In this document: positions 17,906-28,529 of the stretch, piece by piece
Position numbering within the stretch: position 1 is the stretch's first letter
Layout of the letters: each line of letters starts with the position of its first letter
Source of the DNA: an uncultured Pseudomonadales bacterium
Lineage (GTDB): Bacteria > Pseudomonadota > Gammaproteobacteria > Pseudomonadales > Azotimanducaceae
Direction: 5' to 3'
Assembly: GCA_964640725.1 (NCBI GenBank)
Contig: CAZXIJ010000013.1
Coordinates: 6,858-70,857 of the forward strand
Length of the DNA: 64,000 nucleotides
The notes under the pieces: generated by a model
What the model was told of the DNA's origin: nothing
Seen by the model: the letters and a program-made list of their open reading frames with translations, nothing else
The model's database searches: none
Translations under genes and position numbers: made by a program

Positions 17906-18886
17906 ATGATCATGCGCATCATCGGTATCGCCATCGGTACCTACCTGCTCGTCGCCCTGTTCCTGATGTGGTGGTGGGACTACGAGCCCGACGTGTTCGA
18001 GCCCGCCGCCGTCGCGCAGGCACACGCCGCCGAAGCGGGCCAGGAGCTGGTCACCGGCTACACCACCACCTACACGGTCATGCACCTGGGCAACACGCTG
18101 CTGGAAAAGCGCGGCGGCTACATCTCCAACGATGTTTTCCCGCCCGGCCTGATTATGGACAACGCGCCCGAATGGGAATTCGGCGTCCTGACGCAGCTCC
18201 GCGACGCCGCGCGAGCCTTTCGCATCGACTTTTCGCGCTCCCAGAGCCAGTCCCAGGAGGACAAACACCTGTCCGAGGCCGAGGGCAAGTTCTTCTTCGA
18301 CAACGCCAGCTGGGCTTTCCCGCAAACAGAAGACGAGTACCGGGACGGTATCCGGTTGTTTGGACGCTACCTGGAACGGCTGGCCGATCCGGCTCAGACC
18401 GACGCCCAGTTCTACGCCCGGGCAGACAACCTCCAGGGCTGGCTGCAGGGGGTGGAAACCCGGCTGGGCTCCCTGTCCCAGCGCCTCTCGGCAAGCGTCG
18501 GCAAGCGCCAGCTCAACCTCGACCTGGACGGCGCCACCACCAGCAACCCCGACACCGCCGCGCCGGTCGAGCAGGACGTCAAGACGCCCTGGCTGAAGAT
18601 CGACAACGTGTTCTTCGAAGCTCGCGGTCAGACCTGGGCCCTGCTGCACCTGCTCAAAGCCCTGGAACACGACTTTGGCGACATCCTCGAAAAGAAGAAC
18701 GCCCGCGTCAGCCTGAACCAGATTATTCGGGAGCTGGAACCGACCCAGGAAATGGTGTGGAGCCCCATGATCCTCAACGGCGACGGGCTGGGGTTCCTGG
18801 CCAACCACTCGCTGGTCATGGCGTCCTACGTGTCCCGGGTGAACGCCGCGATCATTGACCTGAGAACCCTCCTGGCCCAGGGCTAG
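17906..18886 (+). CDS. DUF2333 family membrane-anchored protein
   Basis: One N-terminal TM segment (IIGIAIGTYLLVALFLMWWW). TGYTT...LLEKRGGYISND...PPG...EWEFGVL...FSRSQSQS...AQFYARADNL...RLGSLSQRLSASVG matches my recollection of DUF2333/COG5345. Confidence 0.75.
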   Translation: MIMRIIGIAIGTYLLVALFLMWWWDYEPDVFEPAAVAQAHAAEAGQELVTGYTTTYTVMHLGNTLLEKRGGYISNDVFPPGLIMDNAPEWEFGVLTQLRDAARAFRIDFSRSQSQSQEDKHLSEAEGKFFFDNASWAFPQTEDEYRDGIRLFGRYLERLADPAQTDAQFYARADNLQGWLQGVETRLGSLSQRLSASVGKRQLNLDLDGATTSNPDTAAPVEQDVKTPWLKIDNVFFEARGQTWALLHLLKALEHDFGDILEKKNARVSLNQIIRELEPTQEMVWSPMILNGDGLGFLANHSLVMASYVSRVNAAIIDLRTLLAQG

Positions 18887-19110
18887 GAGGCGCCAGGCAG
18901 GGCTGGGGCCGGATTCCGGGCGGTCCAAGGTGCTTACACTGCGGGCACAGCCGCAGCGCTGGCAGTCCCCGATGGCGCTGGTATCATGGCCGCCGCCTGC
19001 GGTTCGGGGGAGCCGCCGCCTGACAAAGTGACGAACACTCGTGCGTCCAGCTTTGGCCATTCTGGCACTCCCTTGAGCCTTGCGACTCAACGAGGAGCCT
19101 GAAAAGAACC

Positions 19111-21159
<2,049 letters not shown>

Positions 21160-21166
21160 TTCCACC

Positions 21167-21188
21167 GGCGCTCGCGAGAGCGAGCGCC
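21167..21188 (+). terminator. GC-rich hairpin downstream of hppA (putative terminator, no U-tract)
   Basis: GGCGCTCGC-gaga-GCGAGCGCC: a perfect 9-bp stem with a GNRA-like loop, 8 nt after the hppA stop. Confidence 0.4.
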
Positions 21189-21216
21189 GCGCTCACAGCA
21201 ACGGACACTTCCTTCC

Positions 21217-21237
21217 GGGCCGGAGTTCTGCCGGCCC
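21217..21237 (-). terminator. GC-rich hairpin downstream of the PPOX-family gene (putative terminator)
   Basis: GGGCCGG-agttctg-CCGGCCC: a 7-bp stem, 9 nt beyond the stop at 21246 on the minus strand. No clear U-tract. Confidence 0.3.
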
Positions 21238-21245
21238 TGTTCCGC

Positions 21246-21662
21246 TCACGACAGGTCCCACTGAAAGATGCGGGCGATGTCGATCTTCACAAGGCCGGGA
21301 TTGCCCAGGCTCTGGATGTACTGCCAGCTGGCACTGTCACGATGGCCGTAGTACCGGTACATGAGCGCATCGTGCCATCGCTGCATGATCGCCGGATCAT
21401 CGACAAACCGCGCATGGCCCTGAATCATGATGCCTTTGTACGGCGCCGTGGGGGTATCGATGGTGAAGCACAACTTGGCATCGCGCTGCAGGTTGCGGTA
21501 CTTCTTGCGCCTTTTTTGCGTTCCGAAATAAAGCTCGTCATCGATCAGCGCATAGAACACGGGCGTCGTGCTCGGCATCCCGTCCGGGTCGATCGTTGAC
21601 AGCCGGCCCATCTTTTCCTGGCCGACGTACACGGCCCACTCTCCGCTCAAAGTCACGCTCAT
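21246..21662 (-). CDS. pyridoxamine 5'-phosphate oxidase (PPOX)-family FMN/F420-binding split-barrel protein
   Basis: GRLSTIDPDGMPSTTPVFYALIDDELYFGT...KKYRNLQRDAKLCFTID fits the PPOX split-barrel pattern. The region is visibly more AT-rich than its neighbours. Confidence 0.75.
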   Translation of the reverse strand: MSVTLSGEWAVYVGQEKMGRLSTIDPDGMPSTTPVFYALIDDELYFGTQKRRKKYRNLQRDAKLCFTIDTPTAPYKGIMIQGHARFVDDPAIMQRWHDALMYRYYGHRDSASWQYIQSLGNPGLVKIDIARIFQWDLS

Positions 21663-21762
21663 TCCTGAACTCCTTGTCGCCTGGCGCCCCGAGTTAAGCC
21701 CGGCGCCGCGGGCGCTGTCCAGCCGTCACTCGCTCTTCGCTCCCTGAGCGTAAACTGGGCCC

Positions 21763-22446
21763 ATGCCATACCTGCTGCTCTTCATCATCGTCAGCGCGCT
21801 CATCTACGGGCCAGCGCTGTGGGTGCGCTACACCATGCGGCGGCACGGCGGCCAGCTGGACGGCATGCCCGGCAGCGGCGCAGAGCTGGCCCGGCACCTG
21901 ATCGAGCGCCTGCAGCTCGAGAACATCAGCGTCGAGGAAACCAAACCCGGGAGCGACCATTTCGACCCCAGGGCGAAGGCCGTTCGGCTGTCGCCAGACA
22001 ACTTTCACGGCAAGTCCCTGACCGCCGTTGCCGTCGCGGCGCACGAGGTGGGTCACGCCATCCAGTTTGCCCGCCAGGAACCCATCTTTAACCTGCGCCA
22101 GCGCTACATCCCGAAAGCCATGGTTCTGCGCAAGGCTGGCATCCTGGTGCTTTCGACGGTGCCCTTCGCAGCAATCCTGCTCAAAGCCCCGGCGATCATC
22201 GGCACACTGGTCGCGATCGGCGTAGGCCTGCAACTGCTGGGCGCCCTGTCTTACCTGATCGTCTTGCCCGAGGAGTGGGACGCGAGTTTCAACAAGGCCC
22301 TGCCTATCCTCGCAGAGGGCTACGTGCCCGATGAGTATCAGGGACCGGTCCGCCAGGTGCTCAAGGCCGCGGCGCTGACCTACTTCGCCGGCGCCCTGGC
22401 TGACTTGCTGAATCTGGGGCGCTGGCTGATGATTCTGCGCCGATAG
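21763..22446 (+). CDS. membrane zinc metallopeptidase (YugP/Zn_peptidase_2-like)
   Basis: N-terminal TM segment, the HExxH motif in AAHEVGHAIQ, and C-terminal TM helices. 227 aa. Confidence 0.8.
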   Translation: MPYLLLFIIVSALIYGPALWVRYTMRRHGGQLDGMPGSGAELARHLIERLQLENISVEETKPGSDHFDPRAKAVRLSPDNFHGKSLTAVAVAAHEVGHAIQFARQEPIFNLRQRYIPKAMVLRKAGILVLSTVPFAAILLKAPAIIGTLVAIGVGLQLLGALSYLIVLPEEWDASFNKALPILAEGYVPDEYQGPVRQVLKAAALTYFAGALADLLNLGRWLMILRR

Positions 22447-22469
22447 CGGCCGCAACAGCAGAGCCAACA

Positions 22470-22856
22470 ATGGCAACACACACCAAGGTGAATCTCGCCG
22501 ATGCCCTGGCCCAGGTCCATGAGCTCTGGTCGCCGCAGGTGATCGGCCAGGTGAACGACCAGTACGTTAAGGTTGCCCGGGTACACGGCGACCTGGCCTG
22601 GCACAGTCACGACCACGAGGACGAGCTGTTTCTGGTCCTGAAGGGCGCCCTGACCATTGAGTACGAGGACGGCGCCGTGCAGCTCGAGGCCGGAGACCTG
22701 CACATCGTTCCGAAGGGCAAGCGCCACAACCCGGTTGCCGCCGAACCCTGCGAGATACTGCTGGTTGAGACCGTCACCACCGAACACACCGGCACCGAGG
22801 TCACGGCCAAAACCCGCAGCATCGCCGACCAGCTCAGCGGCGTGCTGCGCTCCTGA
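22470..22856 (+). CDS. cupin domain protein
   Basis: Cupin motif 1 WHSHDHEDELFLVLKG and motif 2 GDLHIVPKGKRHNP. 128 aa. Confidence 0.85.
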   Translation: MATHTKVNLADALAQVHELWSPQVIGQVNDQYVKVARVHGDLAWHSHDHEDELFLVLKGALTIEYEDGAVQLEAGDLHIVPKGKRHNPVAAEPCEILLVETVTTEHTGTEVTAKTRSIADQLSGVLRS

Positions 22857-22868
22857 GCCCGCGCCGGG

Positions 22869-23501
22869 CTAGAACACGCGACCCATATCCAGAAGCACGG
22901 CGCCGCTGTTGGTGTCGTAAAAAATCGTCGGCTTCGGCGTGCCCGGCGCGACGCTCTGGTAGTGCAGCGAAATGAACTGGCAAACACCGGCGTTGCTCGC
23001 GAAAGGCAGCGCGATCGTCGCGTCGCTGATGGTGCTGTCCTGGCCCGCCACAAATTCGTACTCCGTGCCCAGCCGCGGCTCGATGTGGTTGCGGGATGTA
23101 CCCGCCTCCTTGTTGGGATCCGCCTCGATAATCGCCGGCGCCGGATTCAGCAGCCCGCGCCACACATCCTCGCAGTCCTGGTCGCGCCCGGTCGCGGCGC
23201 GATCGCGTCGGCCAGACACCGGGTAACCGGCTGCGTTAGCATCCAGGGTGCCAAGGCCATGCTCGGCCAGGTTCACCGCTGCTTCTCCGCGTCTGTCAGA
23301 GACCTGCCAGGCTGCATGAAACAATCCGATACCGCTGCGCAGGGATCCGGCAAGCGCTTCCATGTTCGCGGCCACCGCGTCGTCAGAAAGGTGAGTAAAG
23401 CGCGGCAGCGCGACCGCCGCCAGCACGCCCAGCAATACGATCACAACGACCAGCTCGACGATCGTGAATCCGGCGGGCAAAGGTTTGGGGAGAACACGCA
23501 C
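22869..23501 (-). CDS. type IV pilin-like / MSHA-type prepilin (orphan)
   Basis: Class III signal: the leader ends ...PLPAG|FTIVELVVVIVLLGVLAAVALPRF with Glu at +5. There are two distal Cys (DQDCEDVW, AGVCQF), as in a pilin D-region. 210 aa. Confidence 0.8.
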   Translation of the reverse strand: MRVLPKPLPAGFTIVELVVVIVLLGVLAAVALPRFTHLSDDAVAANMEALAGSLRSGIGLFHAAWQVSDRRGEAAVNLAEHGLGTLDANAAGYPVSGRRDRAATGRDQDCEDVWRGLLNPAPAIIEADPNKEAGTSRNHIEPRLGTEYEFVAGQDSTISDATIALPFASNAGVCQFISLHYQSVAPGTPKPTIFYDTNSGAVLLDMGRVF

Positions 23502-23556
23502 CCCGCAAATGTAGATCGCCGGCGCGCCAGCGCCGTCAATTACGGTGAACGAATGC

Positions 23557-24828
23557 CTAGACTGTGAACTTCGCCAACTTCTTGGGGATCAGAACGTTCT
23601 TCAACTTGACGTACTGCGGCAACCCGTTCTTGTACTTCGGGTAGTCCTCCCCTGCGATCAGCGGCGCCAGATAGCGCCGGGCGGCAGCCGTGATGCCGAA
23701 TCCGTCACGACTGATAAAACGCTTGGGCATCTTCTTTTCGACGTTGGCGACCTTTGCCAGCGGCGCAGACCCGATCTTCCAGCGGTACGGGTCGTCGCTC
23801 GTGCGCTCGATAATGGGCATTACCGCGTTCTGCCCTTTCAGGGCAAACTCCACCGCTGCCTTGCCGACCGCGTAGGCCTGCTCGACGTCCGTTGCCGAGG
23901 CGATGTGGCGAGCGGCACGCTGCAGGTAGTCAGCGACCGCCCAGTGATACTTGTAGCCCAGCGCATCTTTCACCATGTTGGCGATCGCCGGGGCTACACC
24001 GCCCAGCTGGGCATGGCCAAAGGCATCTTTACCGCCGGCTTCGGCCACGAAACGACCATCGGGATACTGCGCGCCCTCGGAGACCACGATCACGCAGTAG
24101 CCGCGCTGCTTGACCGTCGCATCCACCTTTTTCAGGAAGGCTGCCTGCTGAAAGGGGACTTCGGGCAGCAGAATGATGTGCGGCGCATCGCCTGGCTCTT
24201 CCTGGGCCAGGGCAGCGGCCGCAGCAATCCAGCCCGCATGCCGCCCCATCACCTCCAGCACGAAGACCTTGGTCGAGGTCTCGCACATGCTGGCCACGTC
24301 CAGCGCGGCCTCTTTCGTAGAGACGGCGACGTATTTGGCGACCGACCCGAAACCGGGCGAGCAATCCGTGAGCGGCAGGTCATTGTCCACGGTCTTGGGC
24401 ACGCCGATGCAGGTAATCGGGTAGCCGAGTTGCTGGCCGATCTGCGAGACCTTGTGCGCGGTGTCCTGAGAATCGCCGCCGCCGTTGTAGAAAAAGTAGC
24501 CGATGTCGTGCGCCTGGAAGACTTCGATCAGCCGCTCGTACTCGCGCTGGTTTTCCGCCAGGGACTTGAGCTTGTAGCGACAGGAGCCAAAGGCACCGCT
24601 GGGCGTTGAGCGCAAACCGGCAATGGCCGCCTTGCTCTCCTTGCTCGTGTCGATCAGCTCCTCGGTCAGCGCTCCGAGGATGCCGTTGCGGCCCGCGTAG
24701 ACCTTGCGGATCCGGTCTTTGTGCTTGCGCGCCGTCTCGATGACGCCGCAGGCACTGGCATTGATAACAGAGGTCACGCCCCCGGACTGCGCGTAAAACG
24801 CGTTGCGAGGGCTTCGGGCGCGAGACAT
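23557..24828 (-). CDS. pfp: 6-phosphofructokinase, PPi-dependent type (pyrophosphate--fructose-6-phosphate 1-phosphotransferase)
   Basis: PFK family: SGGVTSVINAS, YNGGGDSQDT, GVPKTVDNDL, EVMGRHAGW. Lys in PKTVDND sits at the position where ATP-PFKs have Gly. 423 aa, as in Methylococcus/Xanthomonas PPi-PFKs (recollection). Confidence 0.85.
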   Translation of the reverse strand: MSRARSPRNAFYAQSGGVTSVINASACGVIETARKHKDRIRKVYAGRNGILGALTEELIDTSKESKAAIAGLRSTPSGAFGSCRYKLKSLAENQREYERLIEVFQAHDIGYFFYNGGGDSQDTAHKVSQIGQQLGYPITCIGVPKTVDNDLPLTDCSPGFGSVAKYVAVSTKEAALDVASMCETSTKVFVLEVMGRHAGWIAAAAALAQEEPGDAPHIILLPEVPFQQAAFLKKVDATVKQRGYCVIVVSEGAQYPDGRFVAEAGGKDAFGHAQLGGVAPAIANMVKDALGYKYHWAVADYLQRAARHIASATDVEQAYAVGKAAVEFALKGQNAVMPIIERTSDDPYRWKIGSAPLAKVANVEKKMPKRFISRDGFGITAAARRYLAPLIAGEDYPKYKNGLPQYVKLKNVLIPKKLAKFTV

Positions 24829-24923
24829 GGTCCATCCTTGCGTAGCTGGGCAGCGCGCGCATTGTCCGCGATCGGAGTCATTTGTGCGACAATTTATAAC
24901 CCTGAACTGCTGGCGAATGCCGT

Positions 24924-25451
24924 TTGATCACTGCGCTGCTCACCGAACTCTGGCAGCTGTGTCTGTTCCGCTCCAGCCCGTCCCGCTTGCCCGGGCCCTG
25001 GATCCTGACCATGGTGCTGATCGCCCTCGACTGGCTCGTCAGCCTGCTGGTGGTGGTACAGCTCAGCCCGGACGCAGATCGCGGCACCATGCTGGTCAGC
25101 ATCGGTCTGTCGAATCTGGTGTTGCTGGTCCTGATCATGGTGACCTTGGCCATCCGCAATCGCAGCAGCCGGGCACCCCAAACGCTGTCCGCGATTTTCG
25201 GCTGCGACCTGGTCCTGACCATGCTGTTCGGCGTGCTGTTGGGCATTGCTGCCGCCCTCGGCGACTCCCTTGGAACGACGCCCACAGCAATGCTGCAGGT
25301 GCTGCTCGTGCTTTGGACCATTACCCTCTACGGATACATCCTTCATGAAGCCCTGGACATGCCCCAGGTCCTGGGCACGCTGGTTGCTTTCGCGATCCTG
25401 ATGGCGGGGCTGAGCGTCAGCCAGATGTTTATCGAGACCCCCTCCCCATGA
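24924..25451 (+). CDS. hypothetical polytopic inner-membrane protein
   Basis: About five hydrophobic helices (e.g. ILTMVLIALDWLVSLLVVV, LVLLVLIMVTLAI, LVLTMLFGVLLGIAAAL). The start is a TTG. The stop overlaps the mpl ATG (ATGA). Confidence 0.6.
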   Translation: MITALLTELWQLCLFRSSPSRLPGPWILTMVLIALDWLVSLLVVVQLSPDADRGTMLVSIGLSNLVLLVLIMVTLAIRNRSSRAPQTLSAIFGCDLVLTMLFGVLLGIAAALGDSLGTTPTAMLQVLLVLWTITLYGYILHEALDMPQVLGTLVAFAILMAGLSVSQMFIETPSP

Positions 25452-26854
25452 GCCAAAGACTGTACTTCCTCGGCATTGGCGGCACCCTCATGGGGAGCCT
25501 CGCGCAGTTAGCCAAAGAGCTCGGACACGACGTCAGCGGCAGCGACAAAGCGCTGTACCCGCCCATGTCCGACCAGCTCGCCGATGCAGGCATCACCGTC
25601 TACGAGGGCTTCGATCCAGCTCAGCTGGACCCGGCGCCGGATCTGGTCATTGTCGGCAACGCCGGCCTGCCCCGGGGCCACGAGGGCATCGAGTACATCC
25701 TGGAACGCGGCTTGCCGTACACCTCTGGCGCTGCCTGGCTCGGCGATGCGGTGCTCAGCGGGCGCTGGGTGTTGGCGGTCTCCGGCACCCACGGCAAGAC
25801 CACGACCGCCAGCATGCTCGCCTGGATCCTTGAACATGCAGGGCTGAACCCCGGTTACCTGATCGGCGGCGTGCCGAAGAACTTTCGTCGCAGCGCCCGG
25901 CTCGGCGCCACACCGTTCTTTGTCATTGAAGCCGACGAGTACGACACCAGCTACTTCGACCGGCGCTCCAAGTTCGTTCACTACCGTCCGCGCACGCTGA
26001 TCATCAACAACCTCGAATATGACCACGCTGACATCTTTCCGGACCTTGCGGCAATACAGGCCCAGTTTCACCAGCTGCTGCGCACTGTTCCGGGCACCGG
26101 GCTGATCATCGCCCCCAGCCAGAACGACGCCGTCAACGACACCCTGAATCAGGGATGCTGGACGCCCGTCAGCCGTTTTGGCCACAAGAGCGGCCGGCAA
26201 AAGTCGGACCAGGACAACGGCGAGTTCTGGCACGCCGACGCGTCCGCGCCGGATGCCTCAGCTTTCGACGTCCTGCTCGGCGAGCAGGTTCAGGGCCGGC
26301 TGGAGTGGGCGCTGATTGGCGAGCACAACAAGTACAACGCCCTGGCCGCCATCGCCGCCGCGCGGCATGCGGGGGTCCCTGTGGCCCAGAGCATCGAGGC
26401 GCTGGCGCAGTTCGAAGGCGTTAGCCGCCGCATGGATCTGTTCGCGACCATCGACGGCACCCACCTGTACGACGATTTCGCGCACCACCCGACGGCCATT
26501 CGCACCACCCTGCAGGGCCTGCGCAAGCAGGTCGGCAATGCTGAGATCATCGCCGTGGTCGAGCCCCGCTCTCACACCATGTCCCTGGGCACGCTGCGCT
26601 CAGAGTTGACGACCTGCTGCGCGCCGGCGGACCAGGTGTTCTGGTTTCGCGGCGACAATATCAAGTGGGACCTGGCCGAGGTGGTCAGCCAGTGCGTGGT
26701 GCCGGCCAGACAGTTTGATGACCTGGACAAGTTGATGGCGGAGCTCGCCGCCGTGAGCCAGGGGGACCGGGAACGACACATCGTGATCATGAGCAACGGC
26801 GCGTTCGGCGGCATCTATCAGAAGCTGCCGCCGCTGCTGCGGCAAGACGGGTAA
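25448..26854 (+). CDS. mpl: UDP-N-acetylmuramate:L-alanyl-gamma-D-glutamyl-meso-diaminopimelate ligase
   Basis: Colinear with E. coli Mpl: LGIGGTLMG, GTHGKTTT, FVIEADEYDTSYFDRRSKFVHY, DDFAHHPTAI, MSNGAFGGI. Confidence 0.95.
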   Translation: MSQRLYFLGIGGTLMGSLAQLAKELGHDVSGSDKALYPPMSDQLADAGITVYEGFDPAQLDPAPDLVIVGNAGLPRGHEGIEYILERGLPYTSGAAWLGDAVLSGRWVLAVSGTHGKTTTASMLAWILEHAGLNPGYLIGGVPKNFRRSARLGATPFFVIEADEYDTSYFDRRSKFVHYRPRTLIINNLEYDHADIFPDLAAIQAQFHQLLRTVPGTGLIIAPSQNDAVNDTLNQGCWTPVSRFGHKSGRQKSDQDNGEFWHADASAPDASAFDVLLGEQVQGRLEWALIGEHNKYNALAAIAAARHAGVPVAQSIEALAQFEGVSRRMDLFATIDGTHLYDDFAHHPTAIRTTLQGLRKQVGNAEIIAVVEPRSHTMSLGTLRSELTTCCAPADQVFWFRGDNIKWDLAEVVSQCVVPARQFDDLDKLMAELAAVSQGDRERHIVIMSNGAFGGIYQKLPPLLRQDG

Positions 26855-26876
26855 ACGCAAGGGGAGACGCACGCCA

Positions 26877-27857
26877 ATGACCAGAATCAGCCATCCATGG
26901 ATCGCGGCAACACTGACGGCAGTGCTGCTGGGACTGAGCCCGCAGCCACGCGCGGACGGTCACGGTCACGACGCCGACGCCGACGCCGACTGGTATCCCA
27001 GCCGCTATGGCGCAGAGGACACCCTGGGCGCCATCAACAACCTGTCTGCCGAGGGGGTGCGCAAAGCCGCGAAGCTGGTCCGCGAAGGCAAAGTCTATGC
27101 CCTGGGCGTCGAGACCGGGCCCGAGTCTCCTGCCTACGCGCCGCGCCAGTACGCCATGACGATCCTGCAGCTGGACAGCGGCACCGGCGAGCCTCTGGGC
27201 GTCAACAAGGCCACCGGCAACGATGACCTGATGTACCTGTGGATGGGCATCGGCAGCCAGATCGATGGCCTGGGCCACATGGGCATCAACCACGTCTACT
27301 ACAACGGCAACCGCGCCGAGGACTTCGTAGCGCCGACCGGTCTCACGAAGCTGAGCACGGACAAGTTGCCACCAATTGTGAGCCGCGGCGTGTTGCTGGA
27401 TATGGCCAGGCACATGGGCAAAGACATCCTGCCGGCGGGTACCGCGTTCAACAGCGCCGAGATCAAGGCAGCCGCGAAAGCACAGCGGGTGCGCATCCGC
27501 AAAGGCGACGTCGTGCTGTTCCACACTGGCTGGCTCAATGTCGCCGACACCGACCAGGCCAGGTTCATGGCTGGAGAGCCGGGGCTGGGCGTTGATGGCG
27601 CTCGCTATCTGGCGGCGCAGGGCGTCGTTGCCGTGGGCAGCGACAGCTGGGCGGTCGAGGTGCTGCCGTCGGAAGATCCAACCCAGGCCTTTCCCGTGCA
27701 CCCGGAGCTGCTGGCCAAGAACGGCGTGTACATTCTCGAAAACATGGACACCCGGGCGCTGGCGGCGGACGGCGCCACGGAGTTTCTGTTTGTTCTGGGC
27801 CAGCCACGGTTTGTGGGCGCAGTGCAGGCGGTCATCAACCCTGTGGCCATCCGCTAG
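26877..27857 (+). CDS. secreted cyclase-family (PF04199-like) protein
   Basis: Signal peptide WIAATLTAVLLGLSPQPRA, then DGHGHDADADAD. The cyclase/kynurenine-formamidase-like core includes GSQIDGLGH and ...GVLLDM...GDVVLFHTGW... Confidence 0.7.
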   Translation: MTRISHPWIAATLTAVLLGLSPQPRADGHGHDADADADWYPSRYGAEDTLGAINNLSAEGVRKAAKLVREGKVYALGVETGPESPAYAPRQYAMTILQLDSGTGEPLGVNKATGNDDLMYLWMGIGSQIDGLGHMGINHVYYNGNRAEDFVAPTGLTKLSTDKLPPIVSRGVLLDMARHMGKDILPAGTAFNSAEIKAAAKAQRVRIRKGDVVLFHTGWLNVADTDQARFMAGEPGLGVDGARYLAAQGVVAVGSDSWAVEVLPSEDPTQAFPVHPELLAKNGVYILENMDTRALAADGATEFLFVLGQPRFVGAVQAVINPVAIR

Positions 27858-28529
27858 ATGGCCCGGCAGGCAGCTCTGCTCGGCACAGCGCTGTTGCTGG
27901 CGGCGTGCAGCAACCCTGGGGACCCCGGCGAGACCCGATCGGCCAACACCGATCAACCCGGGCCTCCCGCGAGCCCAGAGCAGCTGCGTCTGATCGCCCC
28001 GGACAGCTGGGAACTGACGGCATCCAGCCAGCTTGGGGGCTTCGCCCGTGCCCGCTATCAGCGGCAATCACCCGAGCGCCCGCAGGACGCGGCCGCGCCG
28101 GTCGAGACCCTGACCCTGGAACAGCTCGACCCGGATGGGCTTGCTGACCCGATCGCGTTCCTCGACAACCTGGCCGCGGAGCAGGCGGCACGGTGCGACG
28201 ATTTCAGCAGCACGATCATCAGCAGCGGTTACGAAAACGGTTACCCGACTGCCGTGCGGCTCATGCGCTGCCCGCTACGCCGGGTCAATCGCACGGCAAC
28301 GGTCAGCCTGGCCAAAGCCATTGCCGGCAACAGCCGCTACTACCTGCTCGTGTTCGAAAAGCGTGCCGCCACGTCTACCGCGGCCGGAGCCGACCCGGTG
28401 GGGTTTGTGAGCGAAGAAGACATCGCCAGCTGGGCGCTGTATCTGCGCCAGGCTACGCTGTGTGACAGCAGCCAGCCCGCAGAGCACCCCTGCGCTAGGA
28501 CGCCCCCGTCGGAGGCGACGGACAGCTAG
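27858..28529 (+). CDS. hypothetical lipoprotein
   Basis: Lipobox LLLAAC. The ATG directly abuts the cyclase-family stop (TAGATG). No family recognised. Confidence 0.6.
   Translation: MARQAALLGTALLLAACSNPGDPGETRSANTDQPGPPASPEQLRLIAPDSWELTASSQLGGFARARYQRQSPERPQDAAAPVETLTLEQLDPDGLADPIAFLDNLAAEQAARCDDFSSTIISSGYENGYPTAVRLMRCPLRRVNRTATVSLAKAIAGNSRYYLLVFEKRAATSTAAGADPVGFVSEEDIASWALYLRQATLCDSSQPAEHPCARTPPSEATDS

Noticed and set aside
26956-26990. Short tandem repeats (ACGGTC x2, GACGCC x3) considered as a CRISPR- or VNTR-like element
   Set aside because: The units are far too short and have no spacers. They are in frame inside a CDS and encode a His/Asp/Ala tract. I report them only as part of the cyclase-family finding.
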